This document shows, piece after piece, positions 12,716-24,300 of a DNA stretch of 42,753 bases (position 1 is the first letter of the stretch; each line of letters starts with the position of its first letter). Source of the stretch: Phoronis australis (taxonomy: Eukaryota > Animalia > Phoronida); the NCBI GenBank assembly GCA_002633005.1, contig NMRA01001178.1, positions 1 to 42,753 of the forward strand, written 5' to 3'. The translations under genes were made by a program, and so were the position numbers. Below the pieces are notes generated by a model. It was not told where the DNA came from. It searched no databases and was given only the letters and a program-made list of their open reading frames with translations.

Positions 12716-13524
12716 TCGCAATACAGTGTGTGTAGTTCGAAGATTCACCAACAGGACTGTCATCCAACTAGCGGAGAGTCCTACAGCTTGGATAGCAGAT
12801 AAGACGTTTGATTATTTTGGTTGATTGATTGAAGTAATGTTTAAAGAGGGCGCTAGCGTAGTTACTCTTCTTTGTAGTTGATAACTTAATTAGCAACAGG
12901 TTTCAATTGTTTAATTAGTGGTTGCCATGTATTAAATTAATTACTGGATTTGATCATTATCTCTCCATCTACGCACAATCTCAAAGCATAGCTACCTTTT
13001 AAACAAATCCACAGTCAATTTCTGACAGTGCTTCGAACTGAACGAACATTGACCAAATAGTAATTTTAAATCATGTTTTACCTTAAAAGATAATAGGAGT
13101 TGCATGTTTTTGTAGTCAGAATGGCGGACAGTCAGATGTTTTTACTATTGCCCTTTTAAACTATCCAACTAGACCTGGTTTGAGCAAAATGATCATGCCT
13201 TTTCAGAGTGCCAAAATATTTTCTATTTCCCCAGCTAGGTCTCCCATTTTTACATATACATGTACACGTCACGGTTTGATTTATTGTTACCACCACTATT
13301 TCAGACAGGTTTGTCATCATAGGAACAATGATAATATTTCATTCAGCTTTTAAGATGTTTAAAACACGTCACTATGCAGCCACTTTTTAAACTACTGGCT
13401 CACCCATCTCAAAGGCGATCTTTTGCTGTTGCAATGGCAAAATATGTAAACCTGGTCGCTTTTATTTCCTTCCACCACAGTGTCTATATTTATTCGTAAG
13501 TACACTATAAGATTGTAGACAGAA

Positions 13525-13787
13525 CCCGTCGGCATCAGAAAATTTGGTTTTCCTCCTTTTGTTTGGAGCAGGACGATTACTGCATTAGCGATGACTTCAC
13601 CGGAATAAAATACTTGCTGAAATAAACCAAACTATCGTGGGCTAAATGGGTGTTTTTTCTATCAAATTGGCTTCCGAAATTGAATTCTCTGTGAAAAATG
13701 TTGTTATTGTTCCAGAAGAAATACTATAAAAATTAGCCAAATAAGATGTCACTGTTTCTGTTGTGCTTACCAAGGGAAGTGTGTTTA
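13525..13787 (-). pseudogene. Decayed exon: S/T-rich stalk, transmembrane segment and basic stop-transfer motif
   Basis: After acceptor cattacag: NTLPLVSTTETVTS...EKTPI*PTIVWFISASILF, then (frameshift) GEVIANAVIVLL, then KRRK in another frame; stop codon and frameshifts present. Confidence 0.4.
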
Positions 13788-14073
13788 CTGTAATGCAACA
13801 ATTGGTTTATGATCTGTGAGTGCCAACAAAAGATTGCAAGAACATTTTAACAATAAAAACTTGCTACCTGATTCTGGAAACTCCTTTCGCCTGGAGTTGA
13901 AACTGTACAGGGTACATTTTTTACTATACCAAGAAACTACTCATGTTAAAAGATATGCAAAACACATAGGGAAACGTCTATGAATTTGAGCCAGCACATA
14001 TGATAGAATTTCATTCAAACAATCGGAGAAACCGTTTTCCTCCGTGTGACAAATACCGTGCAAACTCATGAAA

Positions 14074-14177
14074 TATGACGTCGATTTCGTAAAGTGTAAC
14101 AATGGTACATTTATCGCATGCGCATTCGAGATAAATTGTAAAAATTACATAAAATGTAACAACTTGTTACATTTTAG
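14074..14177 (-). repeat. Right arm of the ~104-bp inverted repeat
   Basis: Reverse-complement match to 8711-8814. Confidence 0.7.
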
Positions 14178-14584
14178 AAGATGCGTATCAGGCCACTTTC
14201 TGTTTTAACCACCAGACTTGCGCCAGAGCAAATTTCCGTTTAGGTAAGTTTTATGGGAAAGTCACTCAGTGACGTAATATGATTACGAAATGTCTAAAGA
14301 GCGCAAAGATACATCTATTACCGCAGGTAGTAGATCGCAGGGGTCGTGGGGCTTGTGGGTTGTGGGGCTTGTGGGTCGNGGTGTGGGGGTCAAGGGGGTT
14401 TTAGAACATTCTTGTCGAATAACGTTAAGCGAACTGTAGCTTGAACTCATCTTTGGAAACAAAAACGTGCACAGTGAAAAATTCTGATTGAAAATGAAGT
14501 TGAAAAGGTCCGTTCACGAAACGTCGTTTCCACCACACTTCTGAAATGAATTGCACGTATGCGCGTGTTAGCTCGCCTCTCGTT

Positions 14585-14970
14585 CGATAAAACGCTGAAT
14601 ATCCGTGACCTGTTTTAAAGTTGCATTTCGCCTTTTTATGCGGCCATAAAATAATTTGCAGTAGGCATTTTAATCTAACAAAATCGTTCTCTGACAAGAT
14701 TCTGTTTCCGTTACCAACTCACTACTTGCATTTGCCATATTCAAATTCCCAATTCTAGAAATGGCAAACCTGGATACGCTTTGAAGAGTATTTGTTCTTC
14801 CATGATGGTCTCGGTGTTCTTATTGGTAACGGAAATAGATTCCTGTCACGCTAAGGAAAATTAAAAAAACCGATTTGCGACAGTAAATGGCGTAATACAG
14901 TTCTCATTTTTTATCCAGCTAAACACGGAATGCAGCTTTACATTGCTGAAAATCAACAACTTTATTTCAA
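14585..14970. mobile_element. Fold-back MITE-like imperfect palindrome
   Basis: TGACAAGATTCTGTTTCCGTTACCAA (14693) pairs with TTGGTAACGGAAATAGATTCCTGTCA (to 14848); weaker outer pairing (TAAAGTTGCATTTCG / CGGAATGCAGCTTTA). Confidence 0.5.
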
Positions 14971-15060
14971 AAACCCTGAAAAAAACACCGCGCCAGCCGA
15001 TCAGCTGTCAAATCAGCTGTCAAATACTATCTGACAACAGTCTGAAAGACTTGTTCTTAC

Positions 15061-15183
15061 CTGGTATTCGTCTCAGTTTTTTGTAATTACACGTGAGAGT
15101 TTGTAGACGATCAGTGTATTTCCCGAAAAAGACAACACCAATATTTTCTTGTAAACCATAAACTTCTGCACTATACTGTATGT
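15061..15183 (-). CDS. vWA-domain gene, coding exon 3 (DIQYSAEVYGLQENIGVVFFGKYTDRLQTLTCNYKKLRRIP)
   Basis: Acceptor ttctcattccag, donor GTAAGA; 123 bp, phase 1-1; vWA beta-B strand (IGVVFF) and LT-x-[DN]Y motif. Confidence 0.9.
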
Positions 15184-16005
15184 CTGGAATGAGAACATTA
15201 GGTTTAATCATTACTGTGAAGTCGATTTTTGGGGGTATTTCATAACTTAGGGGACTCTCACAAAAACAAAAGCACGAGCCAAAATGACAAAGAAAGAACA
15301 GAGCGTTGGGAACAGACTACTGCTGCTATTAACAAGTAGAATATTCTGCACGTGACGAAAGGTTTTCCGTCGGCGCCTACTCAGTTAGTCTGAAGACTTG
15401 AGATCTCGTCGGTCAATGTTAAAAAGCGACACGCGTACCAATTTAAATGGTCGTTATCGTCGAAGAAGTGATTTTCTGAAGTCAACCTCAGCGCGGTCCA
15501 AGACTAAAGCTCCTCCGGCGGCTCTAAATTCCACTCCATAAATTGATAAATATTTAGGTGTATTTAGCAATTGAAGTCGTTAGCTTCGATTTCAGCGAAT
15601 GCCTGGCAGACAACGGCGAAAATTGACGGTTTGCAATAAAATTCCAACAACACATTAGGTTTTGCTGCTTTATAGCTCAAGTCTAAGCTAAACTTCAAAA
15701 CGTCTATCCCATCCATCAATAATCCCAAACATGCGAGGTCTTGAATTCCAACTCAAGTCTTTATAATACTTTATTAAGCTTAAGACCATTTTGACAGAAT
15801 TTTTAATTCAATTCACGTCAGCATGCATCAAGGCGCTCAATCATTTACCCCATATGCTTGAGGGGGAATGGGCGTCACGGCCTTTGAAAATACATCACTC
15901 ATCGGCAACGTGTTTCACTTATCTTAAAACCCAAGTAACTACCCAGATTTTGCCAGTTCTTCAAATAAATAACGTATGCAAGCCAGCTGAGGAATGACCA
16001 CTTAC

Positions 16006-16125
16006 CATCCATTAATTTCATGAAAGCATGCCTGACCTGTCGCTTTCCCTCATCGCCCATGCTGCCTGAACAGTCAATGCAAAAGACTGTGTCAAGGCCC
16101 TTTGACTTTTCGGAAGCTTCAGAAC
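16006..16125 (-). CDS. vWA-domain gene, coding exon 2 (GSEASEKSKGLDTVFCIDCSGSMGDEGKRQVRHAFMKLMD)
   Basis: Acceptor gatttaag, donor GTAAGT; 120 bp, phase 1-1; MIDAS DxSxS motif (DCSGS). Confidence 0.9.
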
Positions 16126-16213
16126 CTTAAATCAAATCCAAGAGCTCACTTAAGTAAAACACAGACACAACTTGCATGAAAAGCACCTTGCATTTCAACG
16201 TCCTAGGGGTACC

Positions 16214-16265
16214 ATTTCCATAGAGTTTTCAACAGTGCGGCACAGTTGAAAACGCTATTGAAATA
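16214..16265. repeat. Intronic hairpin/palindrome
   Basis: ATTTCCATAGAGTTTTCAACAGTGC-G-GCACAGTTGAAAACGCTATTGAAAT. Confidence 0.6.
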
Positions 16266-16412
16266 CGAAGTCCGCTGAAACACATTTTCTGAGAGATACA
16301 TGTACTTCGATGTTTTCGAAAATACGAATATAGTTTCTCATCCGTATATGTTTTTAGTTGATTCTGTCAATTTCTTTCTCTAAAATCTTCCTATTATCCC
16401 CTCGAATCTTAC

Positions 16413-16443
16413 CTATGGTGCTTTGTGTCATGTGCTTGCTCAT
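16413..16443 (-). CDS. vWA-domain gene, probable first coding exon (MSKHMTQSTI)
   Basis: Exon 16413-16485 has acceptor taattag and donor GTAAGA; ATG at 16443 gives the phase-1 end needed to join exon 2; an in-frame TGA lies directly upstream. Confidence 0.55.
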
Positions 16444-17899
16444 TCAAGAATTGTGTTGAAGAAGTACCGTCCTGGTTTGCGAGTCCTAATTACTTCACTG
16501 ACCACATACATTTTACTCTTAAGTTATGCTAAAATATATGACCATCACGCCCATTTATTTAGTATGCCCCATGAAAACATGTTATACTTGGTCTTGGGCA
16601 TGGGAGAACTAGAACAAAAATAAATAAGTAAAGCCTTCAGATAGGTTTGTCTTAAGACAGCAACATTTCAAATAAAAATGTTCAGTTGTATCCACCACAT
16701 TCTACTCGAAGTGCACAGGTGTATCTTGATACAACGAAACTGTCATCATCACAGCCAGTTGAGCAAAAATGACAAACTCTTCAATGATGTGCATCAATAT
16801 TTTTGATCTGCTGGCAGTTTACCTTTTTATGGCAAGAGGTCAGTTTTGTGTATGATTTTGTTGATGAGAAATAGAATGCAGAGTGGTCGCACTTTCCATT
16901 TAACTCATACGTGAAGGTCATGTCGACTGTTTAAATGTTCATTTTCTTTTATTATTACCAGTTTTAATCATGTCTTGAACCTGGTGAAACAGTAAAGAGC
17001 AAAAAGGCGAACAGCGGTATTAAAGATCTATTAAAATATTCACTGCGTTTAAATTTAATTACCGGATAACATTATCTTATTCGACATTTTACCCGTAGGT
17101 AATGGATAGGCATTTTGATACTTATTATAATTGATGTCATAAAACAAAAGTCGATAAAGCGTCTCGTAACTTTATTGTCTGCTGCCGTGCTTGTGCCACT
17201 TAAGGACATTCCAAACGGCAGACTGGCGCATGCTTTCCAGAAAATTCAAGAAACCAATCATACTATGATACTCTAGGTTAATCAGTTTTTCATTTACCAC
17301 AATCTCAAAATTAGGAAAATGATGTTATTTTTATGTTATTTTTATATTCACCATTCGAATGCAGTTTTGGACATTATTCATGGATTTTATTGCTCACAAA
17401 TTAACGCATTCTCACTCACACGCAAATCATTCAGTAGTTTTGTCTCGTAGTAGGGTAAGCTCGACCTTCAAGAACTGATTACTTCAAATTCAAATTGGAC
17501 ATTTTTAATTGTAGTGAAATCGTCAATTGCATATTTCAGAAAGAATCATTCAAAATTCCATAGGTTTTCAAATTGTTTTCAAAAGTGAAACTGAGAGAAT
17601 TTATCAGAAAATTATACTTTTCCAAAATGGTAAAATACCGGAAGCGAGTAATACTAATAGTAAACCTTTAGATGAGTTTCTGGCGTCGAGATTAGACCCT
17701 GGACACAGTACGCAGCAGGCAAAATAAAATTCAATTGCATGATGGGCATTATGATTCATCCAGATGAAGTATTCGACACCAACCGTCAATGAGAGGGCAA
17801 ACAAGTGACGTCATGGACTATGACGAAATGTCACACCGTTATGAGAACTGAGGAACGAGATTAAAGGTGCAGAAAGGGGCCCACTGATCTATTCTCGGA

Positions 17900-18720
17900 T
17901 AAATATGTTTAACGAGTGAAATCTAATTTATTGCAGACAAATAACACAACACGAGAATTCTGTTGATGACCGACATTAGAGTAGTGAGAAGGTTGTGCAA
18001 CTTGGTTCGACCAATGTCATTACCGGCCCAATGCAAGATGACGTGTGTCGGCTTATCTTCCATGCGGTTCATGGACCACAATTTGAAGATGGCGTGATTC
18101 CATTGCATGCAACCTTTTCTTTGCCAAAGTATGCTCTTGACTGCATGCAACCGACTAAAGTTCGAAGTGTGTACCGTATATTATTTTCCACATTCGCATG
18201 CAAGAACTCCTCCTTAACTCGGAGTGAACTCGGAAGTTTACGGAAGAAAACACTTTACGTACATCGCCAATGGAGCCCATGGATGGTATGCGAACATCTG
18301 TTTGCTCTTTCGTACCCAAACAACACCAGAAACCGCTTTTTTCGTGTTCTAAAATATCTTACGTAGTCTTGCAGCGTGGATTGGTACACGTGTGCGTTTC
18401 TAACCGTCTTGATTAGAATTTCAATGCTCCAAATGCCTGATTCAGGCCCACTGGTGGTGTTGGATCATGTTTTCCTTATGTATGCACAAATGATCTTCTC
18501 GTTTGCGGCTGATTTAGAATTAAAATATGGACACGAAATTAAGAGTATGAAACTTTAGCCTTAGGGGGCAACGGAGGGACAGGGTTACAAAAACGGCCGA
18601 GCGAAAAATAGCTTTGTTTAGTGAAGACAACTTGCTAATTGCGAAGAACACATTGGGGGAACTCCTGCAATCGGCCGAACGTGCTCCTGTTCAAACAGCC
18701 TGGCGTACCCCTCGCACGAC
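17900..18720 (-). mobile_element. DIRS/Ngaro-like tyrosine-recombinase retrotransposon remnant
   Basis: ORF 17923-18150 reads ILWQRKGCMQW...PTHVILHWAGNDIG, an SGNH-hydrolase block pattern (GxND) as found in Ngaro-type elements. Upstream decayed pieces (NKAIFRSAVFVTLSLR) resemble a YR N-terminal helix. Confidence 0.55.
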
Positions 18721-18817
18721 TGAAAGAAATATCACGTGAAATATGTCTATGTGGCTCCATAAATGCAAGTGAATGGTGTATTTTCACGAATGCAGAGATT
18801 GACATGAGAGAGTAAAT

Positions 18818-19358
18818 GGGCCCGTTCCAAAAAGACCGACTAAGCTAAGACAAATCTTAAATTTTAGTCAAACGTAAATTTATCTGAAACTGATCTTAAG
18901 TTTGTCATGGGTTTTTGACTAAAGTCTTGAATGTCTTAAGTTTGATTTACTTACTGAATATGGAAGTTTTAAGCTTGGACGCAGAGACAAACCTTAGGTT
19001 TAAGTAAAAAATGAACTGAGGTCAGTTTCTTAAAATAGGCTGCATATCTATGACATTTTGTAAAAATGTAAGGTATCTTGCTAGCAAGGAAAAATGACCG
19101 CCGGCTTTCTCCAGTTTTTGTGGCACACTTCAACTGGCCTTTGGACCCCGCGTTCAACATAGACCCATATGTCCCGCCTTTTATCGAAACCACCGTATCC
19201 CATTTTATAGCTCTCGGATGTTGGAAATAAATATCCTGCAGAAGTACGGTTACTTGTGAACTACGGCAACGGCTAATAAGCCCGCCCATATGTAGTTGAG
19301 GAGCTTTAAAAATGAGAGCGAAGTTAAACGGAGGGCTTCAGCATTCATGAACAGGCCC
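18818..19358. mobile_element. PIF/Harbinger-like MITE (decayed)
   Basis: GGGCCCGTTC ... GAACAGGCCC termini with internal CTTAAG-rich repeats; TSD not evident. Confidence 0.35.
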
Positions 19359-19693
19359 ACGACGTTGCATTTGCGAAATCATATGTTACTGACCCACGGT
19401 ATTGCGTCTAAGAAAATCAGTTCAGGTTTGCTTTACGTTTTTTAAAACCTATGCCAACAAGATTGAAATCGCCAGCTTAGAAGTACTCCCAGATTCGTGA
19501 TGAAGTAGTAACATACATAAGGTGTAGTCAAAGGCGGATCTAGGTTTTATACGAATGCGAATTTTATGTCACTGCATAAGTAAAGGAATAACGACGTACG
19601 TCGCGTTGTAAAAGCGATTGAAGTGTCCGTTATAGTATTTTTAAACAAAGTGTATTTCATGATAAATTACTTTGAGGAAGGATCATACTTATC

Positions 19694-19821
19694 TTATTTT
19701 GGAACATCCGTATTTACACTACTGAGTGCAGACAACACCTCTATGCCACTCTCATTCGTAGATGCGACACAGATCATCATTTTGTTGTCAGCAATTAAAG
19801 CGTGAGACAACCAGTCTAAAT
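19694..19821 (-). CDS. Putative terminal coding exon (DLDWLSHALIAD...VNTDVPK*) of an unknown gene
   Basis: Acceptor aatttag; phase-1 frame open to TAA; compatible with the two upstream phase-1 exons. Confidence 0.35.
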
Positions 19822-20379
19822 CTAAATTTGTTTTACAGTGCATGTTAGCGAAAGCCAGCCACAAGAGCTGCTCATCACCAATGTCGCTTCTCAGTTACTG
19901 ACGCAATCGTGAAAACGACCATATTCTGAGAAGTCCACAGGCAAAGTGCAAGCGATATTCAATAAAATATGGATTAGGCCGAAATAAGAAGAAGCCTGGC
20001 ATCACTCTCAGAACATTTCAACTTTTACACAACATTACTTTTTCTGAGTTTAGGTGATTCATGTTCAACTTTGAGAGAAATTGAGACAATTTTTGAAGTA
20101 TTCTGAGCGTGATGAATTAAAATTGGAAATACAACGCGCAAACTAAAAACAACGCATTAACACGAGCATGACGCAAGTAACCTCCCAACGTAAGCTCCCC
20201 CTTAGGCATGCAAAGTCAACACAACGCAACACAGACCAAAATACTTGCTTATGATTATCACTGACCCTTCATAACAAAGAGTCTCTGCTGATTCAGGAAC
20301 AAAAAGCACAACATTGTTTCTGCGATAACATTGCATCAACATTTTCAAATGACGCGATTAAACGCTGTGTGATTCTTAC

Positions 20380-20418
20380 CAGGTGAACAAAGTTTGTGAG
20401 GTGATGTGCGGTATTTTG
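20380..20418 (-). CDS. Putative 39-bp micro-exon (AKYRTSPHKLCSP)
   Basis: Acceptor gtttcacag, donor CTG|GTAAGA; symmetric phase 1-1; no stop codon. Confidence 0.5.
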
Positions 20419-20609
20419 CTGTGAAACCGTTTATTGATTGAATAGTCACTTACAGTGTATGATGCTTTACCGAAATTCAGTCAACCGGGTTACAGTATAT
20501 GTATGTATGAATGTTTGTCTATATGTCTTTGTGTGTGCGTGTTTGTGAGCGTGTGTGTGCGTGTGTTTGTCAACATGCTAACGTGAATATTCTTATATTC
20601 TTATTTAAT

Positions 20610-20676
20610 AAGGTTAGAAATAAACGTTCAAAAAAGTTCTAATTTAGAAATTTTTTGAACGTTTATTTCTAACCTT
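20610..20676. repeat. 67-bp near-perfect palindrome adjacent to a DNA-transposon terminus
   Basis: Perfect 26-bp arms (20610-20635 / 20651-20676); followed by a TTCGGAGTAATGG..GTAACC end also seen at 34980-35054. Confidence 0.8.
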
Positions 20677-20928
20677 CCGAATAGTGAACAGTTGGAATAT
20701 ACATGTAGGCCTCGGAGCAGTGAACCTTCGGAGTAATGGCATGTAACCCAGACACCTGAGAAACAGTTAAATGCAGAACTATTTCAAGTACATGTATGCG
20801 TGACATGACGATTTGCCTTGTGTTTGTGAGAATGAATTATATTCTTTTGTGCTGCTGGCTGAACATGATCAATTGATCATGAGGCAAATCATATAATACT
20901 TTACTGTGGATCTCTGCGTTGTGAGTAC

Positions 20929-21084
20929 CTGGTCTATGGAATTCATTCCCTGTTGACGTGTTATTGTCAGATGAAGCTAGAAACGGCGTGGCTGCAGTCA
21001 TAGGTTGCATATTTCCTTCATCACACTCGACCCGTCGTTCTGAAGTGACTACTGCTGAAGATTGGTCCTCTTGTTCTGTGTCAT
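20929..21084 (-). CDS. Putative exon encoding a disordered acidic/ST-rich segment (DDTEQEDQSS...EFHRP)
   Basis: Acceptor ttttatatgtgcag, donor CAG|GTACTC; 156 bp, phase 1-1; lies within ORF 20837-21145. Confidence 0.5.
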
Positions 21085-21365
21085 CTGCACATATAAAAAC
21101 CAACTTAGTACTATGAATTCTACAGGGCGGAGTTTTAAGAGCCATTCCACGAGGAAATCAAAATAAATATATAAATACATAAAAATACTACAGGGGTCAT
21201 CATCCAAATTCAGCTTAAACTTTGTGTATGTGATTATGGGGTGGCCCTAGCACAAAAATCACCAATTTTACACCTATTGACCTCTTACTTTTTTACCCAT
21301 AAGCCTTCAAAGGTTTATGAAGAAAATGACACGTTTTTGCATACCAAAATCAGCAAATTTCAATA

Positions 21366-24300
21366 CTAGAACGCAATTGCGTATGCGCACTTACAATTCT
21401 GCGCGTGGTGTATGCATGTGCATGTGATGTATAGGAGCATTACACTGCATAAAAGTTGCATCCTTTGTGTGAAAGAGAGAGATGTCCCTGGTAAATATGA
21501 AAAAGCAATAGTAAAGAGTAAGAAGATCAAAGGAAAACCGCACCTAATGACCACACAGTTGCACCTAATGACCCCAAAGTCTGTGACTGAATTTCCTTTA
21601 CGAATGAAAAGTATATACGCGATTATGTAAGCTCTATCTCAAAAATCACTTTTGCACTTAATGACCTTTGACCCGGAATCTCGGTTCCCTTTATCCGATT
21701 TAAATTCCACGTAAATTTCGGATACACCTCTCTAGTATCTGTTTGTTATCAAAATTGGGAGAGTCTATCAAAAATGTACAAGAAGAAGCAATTTGACGGA
21801 ATGCACTCTTTGACCCGTTTCGGGTCATTTCGGTGCATTTTGAGTCAAACCCAAGTGATCAATATAATTACATTGGCTATTGCTTGAACCACCATGAATA
21901 TGAACCCTCCCGATAACGAATAATGTAAGAACGAGCAGATTGAAAAAGTCTGAAATTTAAGAGAAAAGTGCACTAAATGACCCCAAAGTTGCACCTAATG
22001 GTCCAAAAGTTTGTGATTGAACTTCCCTTGTGACTGGAAGCCACATGCATGAATACGAAAAGTCTACCTCAAAAATCACTTTTGCACTTAATGACCTTTG
22101 ACCCGGAAATTCAGTTCCCTTGGTCCGATTGGAAATCCGTGTAAATTTCTGATGCACTTCAATCTTTAGTCCCTACCTGTTAACAAAGTCATAAAAATCT
22201 GTAGAAGCATTTTGACGGAATGCACTCCTTGACCTGTTTCAGGTCATTCCAGTGCGTTTTGGGTAAAAAAATATAATCAATAAAAATGCCTTAACTATCG
22301 TATCAATCACAGTGAATATGATTGCTGTAACTGAATCGATGTAAGAGTAATAACAATATGAAAAGGAAGGAAGAATAAGAAGAATAAGAAGAACTAGAAC
22401 GCAATTGCACAACTCTGCGCGTGGTGTATGCATGTGCATAGTGAAGTATAGACGCATTACACTGCATATGAGTTTCATGCTTTGTGTGAAAGAGAGCGAG
22501 GTCCCAGGTAACTATGAAAGAGCAAGAGTGAAAAGAAAGGATATCAACGGAAAACTGCACCTAATGATCCCAGAGTTTCACCTAATGACCCCAGGGTTTG
22601 TGACTGAATTTCTTTTACGAATGAAAACTATATAGGTGATTGTGTAAGGTCTAGCTCAAAAGTCAGTTTTGCGCTTAATAACCTTTGACCTGGAAACTCG
22701 CTTCTTTTTATCCGATTTAGTTTCCAAGTAAATTTCGGGGGCACTTCTCTAGTGTCTGCTTATTATCAAAATCCAGAGTCTATCTAACACCCTGTAGAGG
22801 AAGAAACAACTTGACAGAATGCACCCCTTTACCCGTTTCGGGTCATTCCGGTGCATTTTGAGTTAAAACCATGTGATCAATAGAAGTTCATCAGCAGTTG
22901 GTTGAACCACCATGAATATGAACGCTCTCACTAATGCATCATGTACGTACAAGATGATTCAAAGTCTTAAATTTAACAGAAACTGCACGTAATGACCCCA
23001 AAGTTGCACCTAATGACTCCAAAGGTTGCGACTGAAGTTCGTTTATGAATGGAAATAATATACACGATTATGAAAGGTCTAGCTCAAAAATCGTGTTTGC
23101 ACTTAATGACCTTTGATCCGGAAACTCTGTTCCCTTGATCCAATTAAATTCCAAGTTAATTTCGGATGGACTTCTCTAGTGCCTGCTTGTTATCAAAATT
23201 GGGAGAGTCTATCTAACAGACTGTCGAAGAAGAAGCAAGTTGACAGAATGTATTCCTTGACACGTTTCGGGTCAGTCCGGTGCATTTTGAGTCAAACCCA
23301 TGTGATCAACAGAATTTGATCGGCAATTGGTTGAACCATCATGAATTTGAACGCTCTGCCTAATGCATCATTTAGGTATAAGGTGATTGAAAAAGTCTTA
23401 AATTCAACAGAAAACTGCACTTAATGACCCCAAAGTTTGTGACTGAACTTCCTTTATGAATGTTAATCAGACCAATGATTATTAAAGCTCTAGCTCAAAA
23501 ATCACTTTTGCACTTAATGACATTTGACCCGGAAACCCGGTTCCCTTCATCCGATTTCAATTCCACGTAAATTTCTGGTGCACTTCTCTAGTGTATGCTT
23601 GTTTTCAAAATTCGGAGAGTTTGTCTAAAAACCTGTAGAAGGAACAATTTTACGGAATACACTCTTTGAACCGATTCGGGTCATTCCGGTGCATTTTGAG
23701 TCAAATCCAAGTGATAAGTAGAATTATATTGCCAATTGGTTGAACCACTATGAATATGAAACCTCTCGATAATGAAAAATGTAAGAACTAGCAGATTGAA
23801 AAAGTCTGAAATTTCAGAGAAGAGTGCATTTCATGACCCCAAAGTTGCACCTAATAACCCCAAAGTTTGTGACTGAACTTCCTTTATGAATGTTAATCAT
23901 ACCAATGATTATGAAAGGTCTAGCTCAAAAATCACTTTTGCACTTGACCCGGAAACTCAGTTCCCTTCATCCGATTGGAAATCCAAGTAAATTTCGGATG
24001 CACTTCGTTAGCGCCTACTTACTTACAAAATTGAAAGATTCTATATAAAAACCTCTACAAGAAGAAGCATTTTAAAGGAATGCACTCCTTGACCTGTTTC
24101 GGGTCATTCCGGTGAATTTTGGGTGAAAATGTTATAATCATTAAAAATCATTTCATTATCGTATCAACCACAATGAATATGATTGATGTTAACGAATCGA
24201 TGCAAGAGTAATAACAATCTGAAAAGGAAGGAAGAATAAGAATAAGAACTAGAACGCAATTGCGTATGCGCACTTACAACTCTGCGCGTGGTGTATGCAT

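Noticed and set aside
21366-23319. Short ORFs within the tandem array, and the array as a CRISPR-like locus
   Set aside because: The ORFs are by-products of Helentron repeats; the units are long homologous repeats without unique spacers, in a eukaryotic context.
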